DNA from: a virus
DNA: 64,000 nucleotides
Strand: one strand, 5' to 3'
Virus record (IMG/VR): IMGVR_UViG_3300017752_000002
Position numbers and translations under genes: made by a program. Positions 21,439 to 31,568 of the stretch are shown here, one piece after another. Within the stretch, counting starts at the first letter, position 1; each line of letters begins with the position of its first letter. Below the pieces are notes generated by a model. The model saw nothing but the letters and a program-made list of their open reading frames with translations, was not told the DNA's origin and searched no databases.

Positions 21439-22190
21439 TGCTCGGAAAACCACCATTCTATCATCAAACTGTGAGAAACTGTATCATTGGTTTCGGCAAG
21501 ATGTTTTCAGATGTAGAGTTTGAAAGATTCGATAATGCTGGCACAGCACAACAAAAAATATTAGTACCAATCGCTTATGGTCCAAAAGAAAAATGGGTAC
21601 AAAGATTAGAGCAAGATCCTAGTTTAGAAGAACAAGTATATACTACTCTTCCTCGTATGTCGTTTGAAATGGCTGCAATATCTTATGACCCACTTAGAAA
21701 AACTAATCGTATGGGTACTCTTAAGATAAATAGGACTTCTGCTGCAGGTGGTTCAGGTAAAAGGGAAAAACTATTTGCCCCAGTACCATTTAACTTGGAT
21801 ATGCAATTAAACTGTCTTACAAAGACTACAGAAGATGGATTACAAATAGTTGAGCAAATACTACCATTTTTTACACCTGAATTTACTATGAAAATTAAAA
21901 ATACCGATCCAAAATTAGAAACAGAAACAGATGTCCCAATAATACTAAATAGTACTAGCTTCGTAGATGATTACGATGGAACTTTCGAAATAAGAAGGTT
22001 CGTGACTTGGACATTTAACTTTACTTTAAAAATATTATTATTTGGTGGAGTTGATGACACAGGTAATGTAATTACATCTACATTCGTAGATTTAGGCAAC
22101 CCAGATGAACAACATAAAGCTACTGGCGACCTAAATAATTTACAAGTGACTGACTTGGGTTGGAATGAAACTCAAAAAACAGATTTATAG
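21438..22190 (+). CDS. gp15: Tail sheath stabiliser/terminator gp15
   Basis: VPIAYGPKEK, LPRMSFE, QIVEQILPFFTP motifs. Confidence 0.92.
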   Translation: MLGKPPFYHQTVRNCIIGFGKMFSDVEFERFDNAGTAQQKILVPIAYGPKEKWVQRLEQDPSLEEQVYTTLPRMSFEMAAISYDPLRKTNRMGTLKINRTSAAGGSGKREKLFAPVPFNLDMQLNCLTKTTEDGLQIVEQILPFFTPEFTMKIKNTDPKLETETDVPIILNSTSFVDDYDGTFEIRRFVTWTFNFTLKILLFGGVDDTGNVITSTFVDLGNPDEQHKATGDLNNLQVTDLGWNETQKTDL

Positions 22191-22202
22191 GAGAAATTAT
22201 AA

Positions 22203-23102
22203 ATGGCAAAACAAGATTTAAATATTGGTTCTCTAGCCAATGACGGAACAGGGGATACCCTTAGAGATGGTGGAGATAAAATTAAAGATAACTTTAATGA
22301 GTTATACACAGCTCTTGGTGGAAGCACTGTTCAGATTGCCATTCCAGCATCTGGTATTACTAATGGTCAGGTTCTAAAATACAGCTCAAGCAATTCTGCA
22401 TTTGAGCCTGGAGCCGATACTAATGTAAACACTACTTATAGTGTATCAGCAGAAACTTCTGGTACTGATGCTTCAATTAGATTAACTGGTTCAGACGCAA
22501 GTACTGATAATGTAAATATCGTATCTGGTACTGGTATTAATATTGATAGAACTGATGCCAACAATATTACTGTAAACAATACAGTCACGAATACTACTTA
22601 CGCAACCTCTATAGAATCTGTCACTGCTGGTTCTAAAGAATTAAGACTAGCTGGTTCAAACTCAGTAAATGATGACATTACTATTACTCAAGGAGATGGT
22701 ATTGAGCTAACAAGTTCTTCTACTTCTCAACTAGGTATTAAAGCAGTATCATTACAACAGTTTGACTTTACAGCTGGTGATGGTACTAACTATACAGTAC
22801 AAGGTTCAGGTCTTTTATCTGCTGGCGAAAACGATCCGCAGTTATTTGTATATAGAGGACATACTTATCGTTTCAGACATACGATTGCTGGAAACGCACA
22901 CCCACTTGACATCGTAGAGTTCGGTACATCTACTGCACCTGCTGCTGATTATATCAGCTCAACTAACGCAACTAGAAACCTTGCTACCACTAACGACATT
23001 ATTACATTCACTATCCCAATGAATGCTGCAACAGGAAATACATACCAATATAGATGTACTGCTCACCCAAGCAACATGCTTGGTACTATTACTGTTGTTT
23101 AA
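22203..23102 (+). CDS. Virion structural protein: gp9/gp10-like N-terminus plus cupredoxin-like C-terminus
   Basis: NIGSLANDGTGDTLRDGGDKI motif; C-terminal H...YRCTAHPSNMLGTITV. Confidence 0.7.
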   Translation: MAKQDLNIGSLANDGTGDTLRDGGDKIKDNFNELYTALGGSTVQIAIPASGITNGQVLKYSSSNSAFEPGADTNVNTTYSVSAETSGTDASIRLTGSDASTDNVNIVSGTGINIDRTDANNITVNNTVTNTTYATSIESVTAGSKELRLAGSNSVNDDITITQGDGIELTSSSTSQLGIKAVSLQQFDFTAGDGTNYTVQGSGLLSAGENDPQLFVYRGHTYRFRHTIAGNAHPLDIVEFGTSTAPAADYISSTNATRNLATTNDIITFTIPMNAATGNTYQYRCTAHPSNMLGTITVV

Positions 23103-23123
23103 TAATCTCCGCAAGGAGGACTA

Positions 23124-24713
23124 ATGGCTACAACTTATTATAATGCAAATCAAAATTTAAAAGCTGTAGGAGTTCCTGTAGAATTTACAGAGGAACAGGT
23201 AAAAGAGTACATAAAGTGTAAACGCAACGCAGTGTACTTTATCGAGAACTACTGCAAGATTGTATCTCTAGATGAAGGAGTTGTTGATTTTAAACTATAC
23301 CCTTGCCAAAGAAAAAAAGTAAAACACATTATGAAGAATCGTCAGACGATTCTAATGGAAGGAAGGCAACAAGGTAAAACTGTCACAAGTGCTGCATGTA
23401 TATTACATTTTACATTATTTAATGATAATAAAACTGCTGCCATTATGGCAAACAAAGCTACTGCTGCCAGAGAAGTTTTATCTAGATACCAATTAATGTA
23501 TGAGTATCTACCAAACTGGATGCAACAAGGTGTAGCTGTATGGAACAAAGGGGATATAGAATTAGAAAATGGTTCCAAAATATTTACTGCTGCGACATCT
23601 AGTTCGGCGATTCGTGGTAAATCTGTAAACTGGTTGTATATTGATGAAGCTGCAATTATACCGAACAATGTAGCTGAAGAATTTTTTACTTCTGTATATC
23701 CTACTATTTCAGCTGGTAAAGAAACAAAGGTATTACTTTCCTCTACACCTCTAGGATATAATCATTTTTGGAGATACTGGGAAGCTGCAAAAGAAGGCAG
23801 GAATGATTTTAAACCACTCTTTATACCTTATACTGATATTCCAGGAAGAACAAAAACTTGGGCAGAAAAACAAAGAGCATTACTTGGCGAATTAAAATTT
23901 AATCAAGAAGTATTATGTGAGTTCTTAGGATCTAGTGCTACTCTTATAAGTGCTACTGCTATCGGCGAAATGAAACCAAAACCATTTGTATTACAAAGAG
24001 ATGGTTTAGATATACAAGAAGAGCCGATTCCTGGACATACATATACTTTAATAGCAGATACTGCTAAAGGTGTGGGTGGAGATTATAGTGCTTTCGTGGT
24101 GATAGATACTACCGAAACACCATATAAGGTTGTAGCAAAATATAGGAATAATTCTATTAGTCCTTTACTGTATCCAAATATAATACATAAAGTTGGTACA
24201 GAATATTATAATGCTCAAGTATTAGTAGAAATAAATTCTAGTGAACAAGTACCTTATATATTACACAACGAATTAGAGTACGAGAATATGATTATGGTAT
24301 CTCGTACAAATATGGGTCAAAAAATTACTGGTGGCTTCGGCTCAGGTAAATCACAATATGGTGTACAGACCGATAGAAAAATAAAAAGAATTGGTTGCCA
24401 AAACTTTAAAACATTAATAGAGCAAGGCAAACTTAAATTATGGGATGGTGATATTATTGGCGAAATTAGTACCTTTATAGAAAACAAAGGAACATATGCT
24501 GCCGATGAAGGATACCATGATGACTTGGTTATGTGCCTAGTGTTATTTGGTTGGCTTACCTCTGACCAGTATTTTACTGAATATAATGATGTAAATTTAC
24601 GAGAAGAGATGTATAAAAACCAAATGAAACAGATCGAAGAGGAACTTACACCTTTTGGTTTTATTAATGATGGGCAGAAATATGACGATGATGAAGAACT
24701 TTTAAACTTCTAA
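23124..24713 (+). CDS. gp17: Terminase large subunit gp17
   Basis: GRQQGKT Walker A, YIDEAA Walker B, nuclease DTAKG and HDDLVM. Confidence 0.97.
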   Translation: MATTYYNANQNLKAVGVPVEFTEEQVKEYIKCKRNAVYFIENYCKIVSLDEGVVDFKLYPCQRKKVKHIMKNRQTILMEGRQQGKTVTSAACILHFTLFNDNKTAAIMANKATAAREVLSRYQLMYEYLPNWMQQGVAVWNKGDIELENGSKIFTAATSSSAIRGKSVNWLYIDEAAIIPNNVAEEFFTSVYPTISAGKETKVLLSSTPLGYNHFWRYWEAAKEGRNDFKPLFIPYTDIPGRTKTWAEKQRALLGELKFNQEVLCEFLGSSATLISATAIGEMKPKPFVLQRDGLDIQEEPIPGHTYTLIADTAKGVGGDYSAFVVIDTTETPYKVVAKYRNNSISPLLYPNIIHKVGTEYYNAQVLVEINSSEQVPYILHNELEYENMIMVSRTNMGQKITGGFGSGKSQYGVQTDRKIKRIGCQNFKTLIEQGKLKLWDGDIIGEISTFIENKGTYAADEGYHDDLVMCLVLFGWLTSDQYFTEYNDVNLREEMYKNQMKQIEEELTPFGFINDGQKYDDDEELLNF

Positions 24714-24726
24714 ATATCGTAAAAAA

Positions 24727-24733
24727 CTAAATA
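24727..24733 (+). promoter_or_regulatory. Late promoter CTAAATA (gp18)
   Basis: Intergenic upstream of gp18. Confidence 0.65.
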
Positions 24734-24795
24734 AAAGCATGAGAGTTAAATAAGCTCTCACTGAATTTAATAATTCATTTAATAAGGAGAAACAA

Positions 24796-26472
24796 ATGGC
24801 TTTTCAACTCAGTCCTGGAGTAGTTGTCAAAGAACAAGATTTCACTTCAATTGTACCTAATGTGGCGACATCGTCTGGTGCTTTTGCTGGGAATTTTCAA
24901 TGGGGTCCAATCGAAGACCCTGTTCAAATTGTTTCGGAAAATAACTTAGTAGAGAGATTCGGTCCACCGACTGACGCAACATTTACCAGTTTTTTCACGG
25001 CAGCAAACTTCCTATCATATTCAAATAATCTTTTAACAGTACGAGCTGACACAACTGCTGCAAGAAACGCAGTCGCAACTGGTACTGCTGTAAAGATTAA
25101 AAACTTAAATGACTACACTTCTAACAATGTTGGTGGGTCAAATAATGTCGGTACTGTTGCTGCTAAGTGGGCAGGTACTAGAGGAAACTCACTCAAAGTA
25201 GAAATTGCTGACTCAGCAACTTTTGCTGCTTGGGGTAACAAAGGAAATTTCGACAGAATCCCTGGAACTTCAGCATCTGTTGCCACTGCTGGTGGTTCTG
25301 ATGACGAACTTCATGTATTAGTAATTGACGAAGATGGTTTATTTACTGGTACAGCTGGAGCAATTTTAGAAACATTTGCTCATGTATCTGCTGCAAGCGA
25401 TGCTAAAAAGTTTGACGGATCTAATAATTTTTATAAAGATGTAATTAACTCACAGTCAAGATTTATCTGGTGGATGGATCATCCAACTGTCACAGGTACT
25501 GCATGGGGTGCTGCTTCAAGTGGTACTACTTTTGGTGACCTTGGTGCAGTTTACTCAGTAAGTCTAACTGGTGGTATAGATACTGCCCCAACTGCTGGTA
25601 ACATTCAAACTGGTCTAGCAATATTTGCTAATGACGAGTTGTATGACATTTCATTAGTTATGGTTGGTAAAGCAGATGCTGCTACATCAACTTTCGCAAT
25701 TAATAATATTGCTGAAGTAAGAAAAGACTGTATGGTATTCTGTTCTGCTGAAGATGCTTCAGGGAACACTATCCTAGCAACTGATGCTGACCCAGTGGGC
25801 GACATTACTACTTACAGAAACTCATTACCAAGTTCATCTTATGGTGTACTTGATACTGGTTCTAAATACCAGTATGACAGATATAATGATAAATACAGAT
25901 ATGTACCACTAAATGGTGACATAGCAGGTCTCGCTGCCAGAACTGACTATGACCAAGACGCATGGTTCTCACCTGCTGGTGCTACTAGAGGTCAAGTTAA
26001 GAATGTTGTTAAACTAGCATTCTCACCAAACAAAACTCAAAGGGATACTTTATATCAAAGTAATGTAAACCCTGTTGTGACATTCCCAGGAAATGGTACA
26101 CAACTATTTGGTGACAAAACTTTACTAGGATCTGAATCTGCGTTCAACAGAATAAATGTTCGTAGATTGTTTATCGTATTAGAAAAAGCGATTGCGATTG
26201 CTGCTAAAGCACAACTATTTGAATTCAACGATGAGTTCACTAGAAATGACTTTAAAAATGCAGTTAATCCTTTCCTAAGAGATGTACAAGGAAGACGAGG
26301 AATTACTGACTTTACAGTAGTCTGTGACGGAACTAATAACACAGGCGATGTAATAGATAGAAATGAATTCCGTGCAGATATCTTCATTAAACCAAACAGA
26401 GCAATTAATTTCATTACTCTTACATTTGTAGCAAGTAAATCAAGTGTAGACTTTAGTGAAATTGGTGGCTAA
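24796..26472 (+). CDS. gp18: Tail sheath protein gp18
   Basis: MAFQLSPGVVVKEQD start; WFSPAG and RINVRRLF motifs. Confidence 0.97.
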   Translation: MAFQLSPGVVVKEQDFTSIVPNVATSSGAFAGNFQWGPIEDPVQIVSENNLVERFGPPTDATFTSFFTAANFLSYSNNLLTVRADTTAARNAVATGTAVKIKNLNDYTSNNVGGSNNVGTVAAKWAGTRGNSLKVEIADSATFAAWGNKGNFDRIPGTSASVATAGGSDDELHVLVIDEDGLFTGTAGAILETFAHVSAASDAKKFDGSNNFYKDVINSQSRFIWWMDHPTVTGTAWGAASSGTTFGDLGAVYSVSLTGGIDTAPTAGNIQTGLAIFANDELYDISLVMVGKADAATSTFAINNIAEVRKDCMVFCSAEDASGNTILATDADPVGDITTYRNSLPSSSYGVLDTGSKYQYDRYNDKYRYVPLNGDIAGLAARTDYDQDAWFSPAGATRGQVKNVVKLAFSPNKTQRDTLYQSNVNPVVTFPGNGTQLFGDKTLLGSESAFNRINVRRLFIVLEKAIAIAAKAQLFEFNDEFTRNDFKNAVNPFLRDVQGRRGITDFTVVCDGTNNTGDVIDRNEFRADIFIKPNRAINFITLTFVASKSSVDFSEIGG

Positions 26473-26475
26473 ATA
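26469..26475 (+). promoter_or_regulatory. Late promoter CTAAATA (gp19)
   Basis: Overlaps gp18 stop, upstream of gp19 RBS. Confidence 0.6.
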
Positions 26476-26496
26476 GAATAAAAGGAGAAAAAACAA

Positions 26497-27090
26497 ATGG
26501 CTAATATTGCTGATTTTAAAGCTAACATGACTGGTGGCGGAGCTCGTCCTAATCAGTTTCGTGTAGATTTGGCTTTCCCTTCTTATGTCACTGGTGGAAG
26601 AGTTGCTGCTGTACAAGGACAGTTTCTTTGCAAAGCTGCACAATTACCAGCTAGTACATTAGAAAACTTGCCAATCCAATATAGAGGTCGTGCTGTAAAC
26701 TTTGCTGCTGAGCGTACTTTCGCTCCTTGGACAGTCACAGTTTATAACGACACTGACTTCGGTATTAGAAACGCAATCGAAAGATGGCAAAATGGTATTC
26801 AGGAATATGCGACTACAGAAGGTCGTACTAATCCGAATGATTACCAAGCTGACTTACTTGTAACACAACTAGATAGAAATGGTGCTGGAGTAAAACAATA
26901 TAAATTTGTTGATGCTTACCCACTGTCTATCGGTATTGTTCAGTTGGATTATGACACTACAAATGCTATTGAAACATTTGATGTTGAATTCCAATACAAC
27001 TTCTTTACAAGTAATACAAGCGAAAGTGGTGGATTAGGAGTTAATATATCAATCGATACTCCGATTGGTTCATTCCCAATCAACATTTAA
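26497..27090 (+). CDS. gp19: Tail tube protein gp19
   Basis: GGARPNQF, FLCKAAQLPAS, RTFAPWTVTVYND motifs. Confidence 0.95.
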   Translation: MANIADFKANMTGGGARPNQFRVDLAFPSYVTGGRVAAVQGQFLCKAAQLPASTLENLPIQYRGRAVNFAAERTFAPWTVTVYNDTDFGIRNAIERWQNGIQEYATTEGRTNPNDYQADLLVTQLDRNGAGVKQYKFVDAYPLSIGIVQLDYDTTNAIETFDVEFQYNFFTSNTSESGGLGVNISIDTPIGSFPINI

Positions 27091-27113
27091 TTATTAATAA
27101 AGGTGAATAAATT

Positions 27114-28661
27114 ATGGCTGAATTTTTCGGTTTCGAGATTACACGAAAGAGGAATAGAGAACCACTAAGTCCTGTCGCTCCATCAAAAGATGATGGCTCG
27201 ACAGTCCTTACAGATGTAAGTGCTTACTATGGGGTCACCCTCGATTTAGATAACTCGATAAAAAGTGAAAACGCTTTAATCAAAAGATATCGTGAAGTTG
27301 CTCAATATCCAGATTGTGATGGTGCGATAGAAGATATAACTAATGAAGCAATCACAATTGAGACTGACGCACCCAGTGTCAGTTTAAGTCTTGACGACTT
27401 ACCTGTATCCGATAATATTAAAGATAAAATGCATGAGGAGTTCGAGGAGATCTACGATCTGCTTCAGTTCGACCATAAAGGGCATGATATTTTTAAGACT
27501 TGGTATGTAGATGGAAGATTATACTACCATTTAATTGTAGATCCTAAAAATCCAAAGTTGGGTATTCAGGAACTAAGGTATGTAGATCCACAAAAGATTC
27601 GTAAGATTAAAAATATTAAGAAAAAGAAGAATCAACAAGGGATCGAGGTAGTAGAAAGTCAAGAAGAATACTTTATATACAACGATAAAGGTATTACTGA
27701 CTCAAATACTAAAGGAATTAAACTGAGTAAAGACTCAGTTGTATTTTGTCCATCTGGTAATGTTGACCAAAATACTGGCATAGTATTGGGTCATTTACAA
27801 AAAGCTGTTAAACCAGTAAACCAGTTGAAGATGATTGAGGACGCTGTAGTCATTTATAGACTAAGTCGTGCTCCTGAAAGAAGAATATTTTATGTTGATG
27901 TAGGAAACCTGCCTAAGATAAAAGCAGAACAATATGTCAACGATATCATGAATAAGTATCGAAACAAAGTAGTTTACGATGCGAATACAGGTGAAGTAAG
28001 AGACGATAGAAAACACCTAAGCATGATGGAAGATTTTTGGATGCCTAGAAGAGAGGGTGGTCGTGGTACAGAAATTACTACACTTCCTGGAGGGCAAAAC
28101 CTTGGAGATATAGCAGACATACAATATTTCCAAAGGAAACTTTACCAGTCACTTAATGTGCCTATGTCAAGATTACAAGGTGAGACTGGATTTACTTTAG
28201 GTCGTGCTTCTGAAATTACTAGAGACGAATTAAAGTTTAACAAATTTGTTCAGAGAGTTCAAAGAAAATTTAGTCAGGTACTGATTGATATTCTTAGAGT
28301 TCAGTTAATTGCTAAGGGAGTAATGACTGAAGAAGATTTTGAAGAAAGCAGACATCATATAAGAATCGATTTTCTACAAGATAATCACTTTACTGAATTA
28401 AAGAATAACGAGTTGCTACAACAACGAGTTGGTATGCTAGGGCAGATTGAACCATACCTTGGCAAGTTCTACTCATTAGAGTGGGCAAGAAGAAATATTT
28501 TAATGCAATCTGAAGAAGAGATGAAAGATATCGACGACCAGATTGAAGCAGAAAAAGCTGAACAGGAACAGGATACTGACCAAGGTGGGGAAGTCCCTGA
28601 TATGGATAGTATGCAGTCTGAACCAGCTGATGATAATGAAGGAGAAGAAGATGGGAACTAA
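27114..28661 (+). CDS. gp20: Portal protein gp20
   Basis: IYRLSRAPERRIFYVDVGNLPK and EDFWMPRREGGRGTEITTLPGGQNLG motifs. Confidence 0.97.
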   Translation: MAEFFGFEITRKRNREPLSPVAPSKDDGSTVLTDVSAYYGVTLDLDNSIKSENALIKRYREVAQYPDCDGAIEDITNEAITIETDAPSVSLSLDDLPVSDNIKDKMHEEFEEIYDLLQFDHKGHDIFKTWYVDGRLYYHLIVDPKNPKLGIQELRYVDPQKIRKIKNIKKKKNQQGIEVVESQEEYFIYNDKGITDSNTKGIKLSKDSVVFCPSGNVDQNTGIVLGHLQKAVKPVNQLKMIEDAVVIYRLSRAPERRIFYVDVGNLPKIKAEQYVNDIMNKYRNKVVYDANTGEVRDDRKHLSMMEDFWMPRREGGRGTEITTLPGGQNLGDIADIQYFQRKLYQSLNVPMSRLQGETGFTLGRASEITRDELKFNKFVQRVQRKFSQVLIDILRVQLIAKGVMTEEDFEESRHHIRIDFLQDNHFTELKNNELLQQRVGMLGQIEPYLGKFYSLEWARRNILMQSEEEMKDIDDQIEAEKAEQEQDTDQGGEVPDMDSMQSEPADDNEGEEDGN

Positions 28662-28890
28662 AGAATTAATAGATGCTATTCAGTCAGGTGATGCTGAAGG
28701 AATAGAAAGTACTTTCCAAGGTGTAATGTCTGCGAAAGTTGGAGATAAATTAGACACGATGAAGAAAGAAATGGCTTCAACTATGTTTAAAACTCCAGAA
28801 GAACAGGATGAGATTGCTGGTGAACCAGAACAACCTGAAGTACCAGCTGAACCAGTAGAGGAACCAGCTGAGAATGTCGAAGAAGTTTAA
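28651..28890 (+). CDS. gp67: Prohead core protein (gp67-like)
   Basis: Acidic small ORF after portal; ATG at 28651 with GGAG RBS. Confidence 0.6.
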   Translation: MGTKELIDAIQSGDAEGIESTFQGVMSAKVGDKLDTMKKEMASTMFKTPEEQDEIAGEPEQPEVPAEPVEEPAENVEEV

Positions 28891-29281
28891 AGATATCTAT
28901 ACTCATACGATTACTTCGACTGAGGAGCGAGAACAACAGCTAGTAGATAGTATTGATGTTCTTCTACCTGAAGAAAGAGTTGCTGAATATATAGCGAAAC
29001 ACTCAGATGATATTATTACTGATGAGTTGGTTGAGTCATATATTCAAAAAGCATCGTCAACTGACTTTAATGTTGACCCAATCATAACTGAGATTAAGGT
29101 TGGACAAGCAAAAGAATTAAGAAATAAACTAGATTATGTATTAAAAGATGGTACGAAGATCGCAATTAGCGAGGAAAACCAAATTTTACTAAATAGTTTA
29201 CTGAAAGACAAGGATGAGATTGTTTCTCATATGTCGGAGAATAAAAACAACTTTATCGAAGTTTTAAAAGGAGTGTACTAA
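28874..29281 (+). CDS. gp68: Prohead core protein (gp68-like)
   Basis: Position between gp67 and gp21; weak sequence support. Confidence 0.5.
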   Translation: MSKKFKDIYTHTITSTEEREQQLVDSIDVLLPEERVAEYIAKHSDDIITDELVESYIQKASSTDFNVDPIITEIKVGQAKELRNKLDYVLKDGTKIAISEENQILLNSLLKDKDEIVSHMSENKNNFIEVLKGVY

Positions 29282-29692
29282 ATGGCAATAACGAAAACAG
29301 TTCTGGCAAAAGATAATCGTAAAGCTATCGTCAGAGTCACTGCGACTGGTACTAATGAGAATGTCACTATTGATATCGACGCAGACTTAAAATTAACAAA
29401 CGAAACGATTACTACTTCTGCTCTTAAAGTTGCCATACAGAAAATCGAGTACAGCTGTGAAGCTGCAAAAGATATTACTGTTGTAAGAAACTCTGTCCTC
29501 GTGGCTACTGTTCATCCAGGAGCACCGAAAATTGAAACATCGATACAGGATGAAGGCAACCAAGATATTGTTGTCACATTTGGTGGCAAAGGTATGATAC
29601 TTCTTCATCTTTCTAAAATGGGTGGATTTAATGACCCAGTAGAAACTCCTGAGTTTGGAGCTTACGATGACCAAGATGCGGTAGGAAGCTAA
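29282..29692 (+). CDS. Hypothetical head-module protein
   Basis: 136 aa ORF with GGAG RBS; a CTAAATA lies upstream at 29189. Confidence 0.65.
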   Translation: MAITKTVLAKDNRKAIVRVTATGTNENVTIDIDADLKLTNETITTSALKVAIQKIEYSCEAAKDITVVRNSVLVATVHPGAPKIETSIQDEGNQDIVVTFGGKGMILLHLSKMGGFNDPVETPEFGAYDDQDAVGS

Positions 29693-29693
29693 T

Positions 29694-30350
29694 ATGAAAT
29701 TAATTAAAGAACATACAGAAGTTGTAAACTACCTTATCGAAGAAGATAAAGAAACTGGTAAGAAGAATTACAACATTGAGGGAGTATTCCTCCAAGCTGA
29801 TATTAAAAACAGGAATGGAAGATTATACCCTACAGAGATTCTTGACAAAGAAGTTAAAAGATATGTTAAAGAAAATGTCAAGAAAAATCGTGCGTATGGT
29901 GAGTTAGGACACCCTGATTCTCCAACTATCAATTTAGATAGAGTATCGCACATGATTAAGGATTTGAAGCTAGAAGATAAAAACTTTATCGGAAAAGCTA
30001 AGATAATGGATACACCTTATGGTAAGATTGTTAAATCGTTGATTGACGAAGGAGCAAGTCTAGGTGTATCTTCTAGAGGGATGGGTTCATTGAAAACTAC
30101 CAAAGACGGAACTTCAGAAGTCCAAAAGGATTTTATGCTTGCCACTGCTGCTGATATAGTTGCAGATCCGTCGGCACCAGATGCATTTGTACGAGGTGTT
30201 ATGGAGGGCAAGGAATGGATGTTCGTTGATGGGAAGTTTGTCGAGCAAGATATTGATGCTATAAAGAGTTCAATAACTAAGGCAACAAGATCTCAACTCG
30301 AAGAAGCAAAACTTTTCGCATTTGCGAAGTTTTTAAAGAAAATACAATAA
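29694..30350 (+). CDS. gp21: Prohead protease gp21
   Basis: IEGVFLQA..KNRNGRLYP, GELGHP, LGVSSRGMGS, DIVADPSAPDAFV. Confidence 0.97.
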   Translation: MKLIKEHTEVVNYLIEEDKETGKKNYNIEGVFLQADIKNRNGRLYPTEILDKEVKRYVKENVKKNRAYGELGHPDSPTINLDRVSHMIKDLKLEDKNFIGKAKIMDTPYGKIVKSLIDEGASLGVSSRGMGSLKTTKDGTSEVQKDFMLATAADIVADPSAPDAFVRGVMEGKEWMFVDGKFVEQDIDAIKSSITKATRSQLEEAKLFAFAKFLKKIQ

Positions 30351-30372
30351 CCCATACTTTAAGGAGACAAAC

Positions 30373-31542
30373 ATGTCAAGTATAGAACAAAAAATCGCAG
30401 AACTCCTTGGTGAGAGTAAGAAAGCTGAAGAGCAAATCGATACTCTTGAGGAGTCTGAAGGCTGGAAAAAATCTAGCGATGAAGCTGAAGCTGAAGCACC
30501 TGCTGAAGAAGTAGTGGCTGAAGAAGAAGCACCAGCTGAGGAAGAGGTAGAAGAAATCGAAGAGGGTGAATTACCACCTGCTTTGAAGAAAGCTATCGAA
30601 AAGAAAAAGAAAAAAGATGGCGACGACGATGACGACGACGACGACGATGATGACGATGATGAAAAGTCTAAAGATAAAGAAAAAGACGAATCATATATGA
30701 CATCTTCTAAAAAGAAAGAGAAGATGAAAGATATGAAAAAAGAAGAATCTGAGTCTGACGAAGAAGTTGTAGCAGAAGAAGCTGAAGAAGATGAAATCGC
30801 AGTAGATGTTTCAGAAGATGTTGAAGCATTATTAAATGGCGAAGAACTTTCTGAAGAGTTCAAAGAAAAAGCTACTACTATATTCGAAACTGTAGTTGTA
30901 TCTCGTGTTAAAAGCGAAGTCGCTAAGTTTAAAAAAGAATTATCTGAGTCTAATGCTGTTGCAATAGACGAAGCTAAAGAGAGTCTAGTTGAAAAAGTTG
31001 ATGGATATCTCAGCTATGTAGTTGAGCAGTGGATAAGTGAAAATGAAATCGCTCTCGAATCTGGTATGAAGTCGGAGATTTTAGATGGCTTCATTAATGG
31101 TATGAAAAATCTGTTCGCTGAACATTATGTTGATGTTCCTGAAGACAGATTTGACTTACTTGGAGACGCTCAAGAAAAGGTCGAAGAATTAGAGAAGAAG
31201 CTCAATGAGCAACTTGAAGCTAATGTCGAACTTAACAAGAGTGTAAAAGCTATGGAGAAGGACGAAGTCCTTTCTAAAGCATCCGATGGTATGGCTGAAA
31301 CTGATAAAGAAAAATTTGCTGGATTAACTGAGGATCTCAGTTTTGAAGACAAAGAATCTTTTGAGAAAAAAGTCAGCACTATCAGAGAATCTTACTTTGC
31401 TTCTAAACCAAGCAAAACAAATGTAGAAACTGTTGTTACTGATGAGCCAGTACAGTTAGAAGAAGAAACTAAGAAGTCTATTTCAGACCCTAAAATTTCT
31501 GCTTATGCTGACATGCTTGACAGAAGCAACAAAAATAATTAA
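30373..31542 (+). CDS. gp22: Prohead scaffold protein gp22
   Basis: Acidic; ELSEEFKEKATTIFE and YLSYVVEQW motifs; between gp21 and gp23. Confidence 0.92.
   Translation: MSSIEQKIAELLGESKKAEEQIDTLEESEGWKKSSDEAEAEAPAEEVVAEEEAPAEEEVEEIEEGELPPALKKAIEKKKKKDGDDDDDDDDDDDDDEKSKDKEKDESYMTSSKKKEKMKDMKKEESESDEEVVAEEAEEDEIAVDVSEDVEALLNGEELSEEFKEKATTIFETVVVSRVKSEVAKFKKELSESNAVAIDEAKESLVEKVDGYLSYVVEQWISENEIALESGMKSEILDGFINGMKNLFAEHYVDVPEDRFDLLGDAQEKVEELEKKLNEQLEANVELNKSVKAMEKDEVLSKASDGMAETDKEKFAGLTEDLSFEDKESFEKKVSTIRESYFASKPSKTNVETVVTDEPVQLEEETKKSISDPKISAYADMLDRSNKNN
30620..30663 (+). repeat. GAY trinucleotide run encoding poly-Asp in gp22
   Basis: gacgacgatgac... run after a poly-Lys stretch. Confidence 0.8.
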
Positions 31543-31568
31543 TCTATCAACTTTAAGGAGATATAAAA

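Noticed and set aside
30600-30665. GAC/GAT run as a CRISPR or contingency locus
   Set aside because: In-frame poly-Asp in the variable gp22 N-terminus, no spacers.
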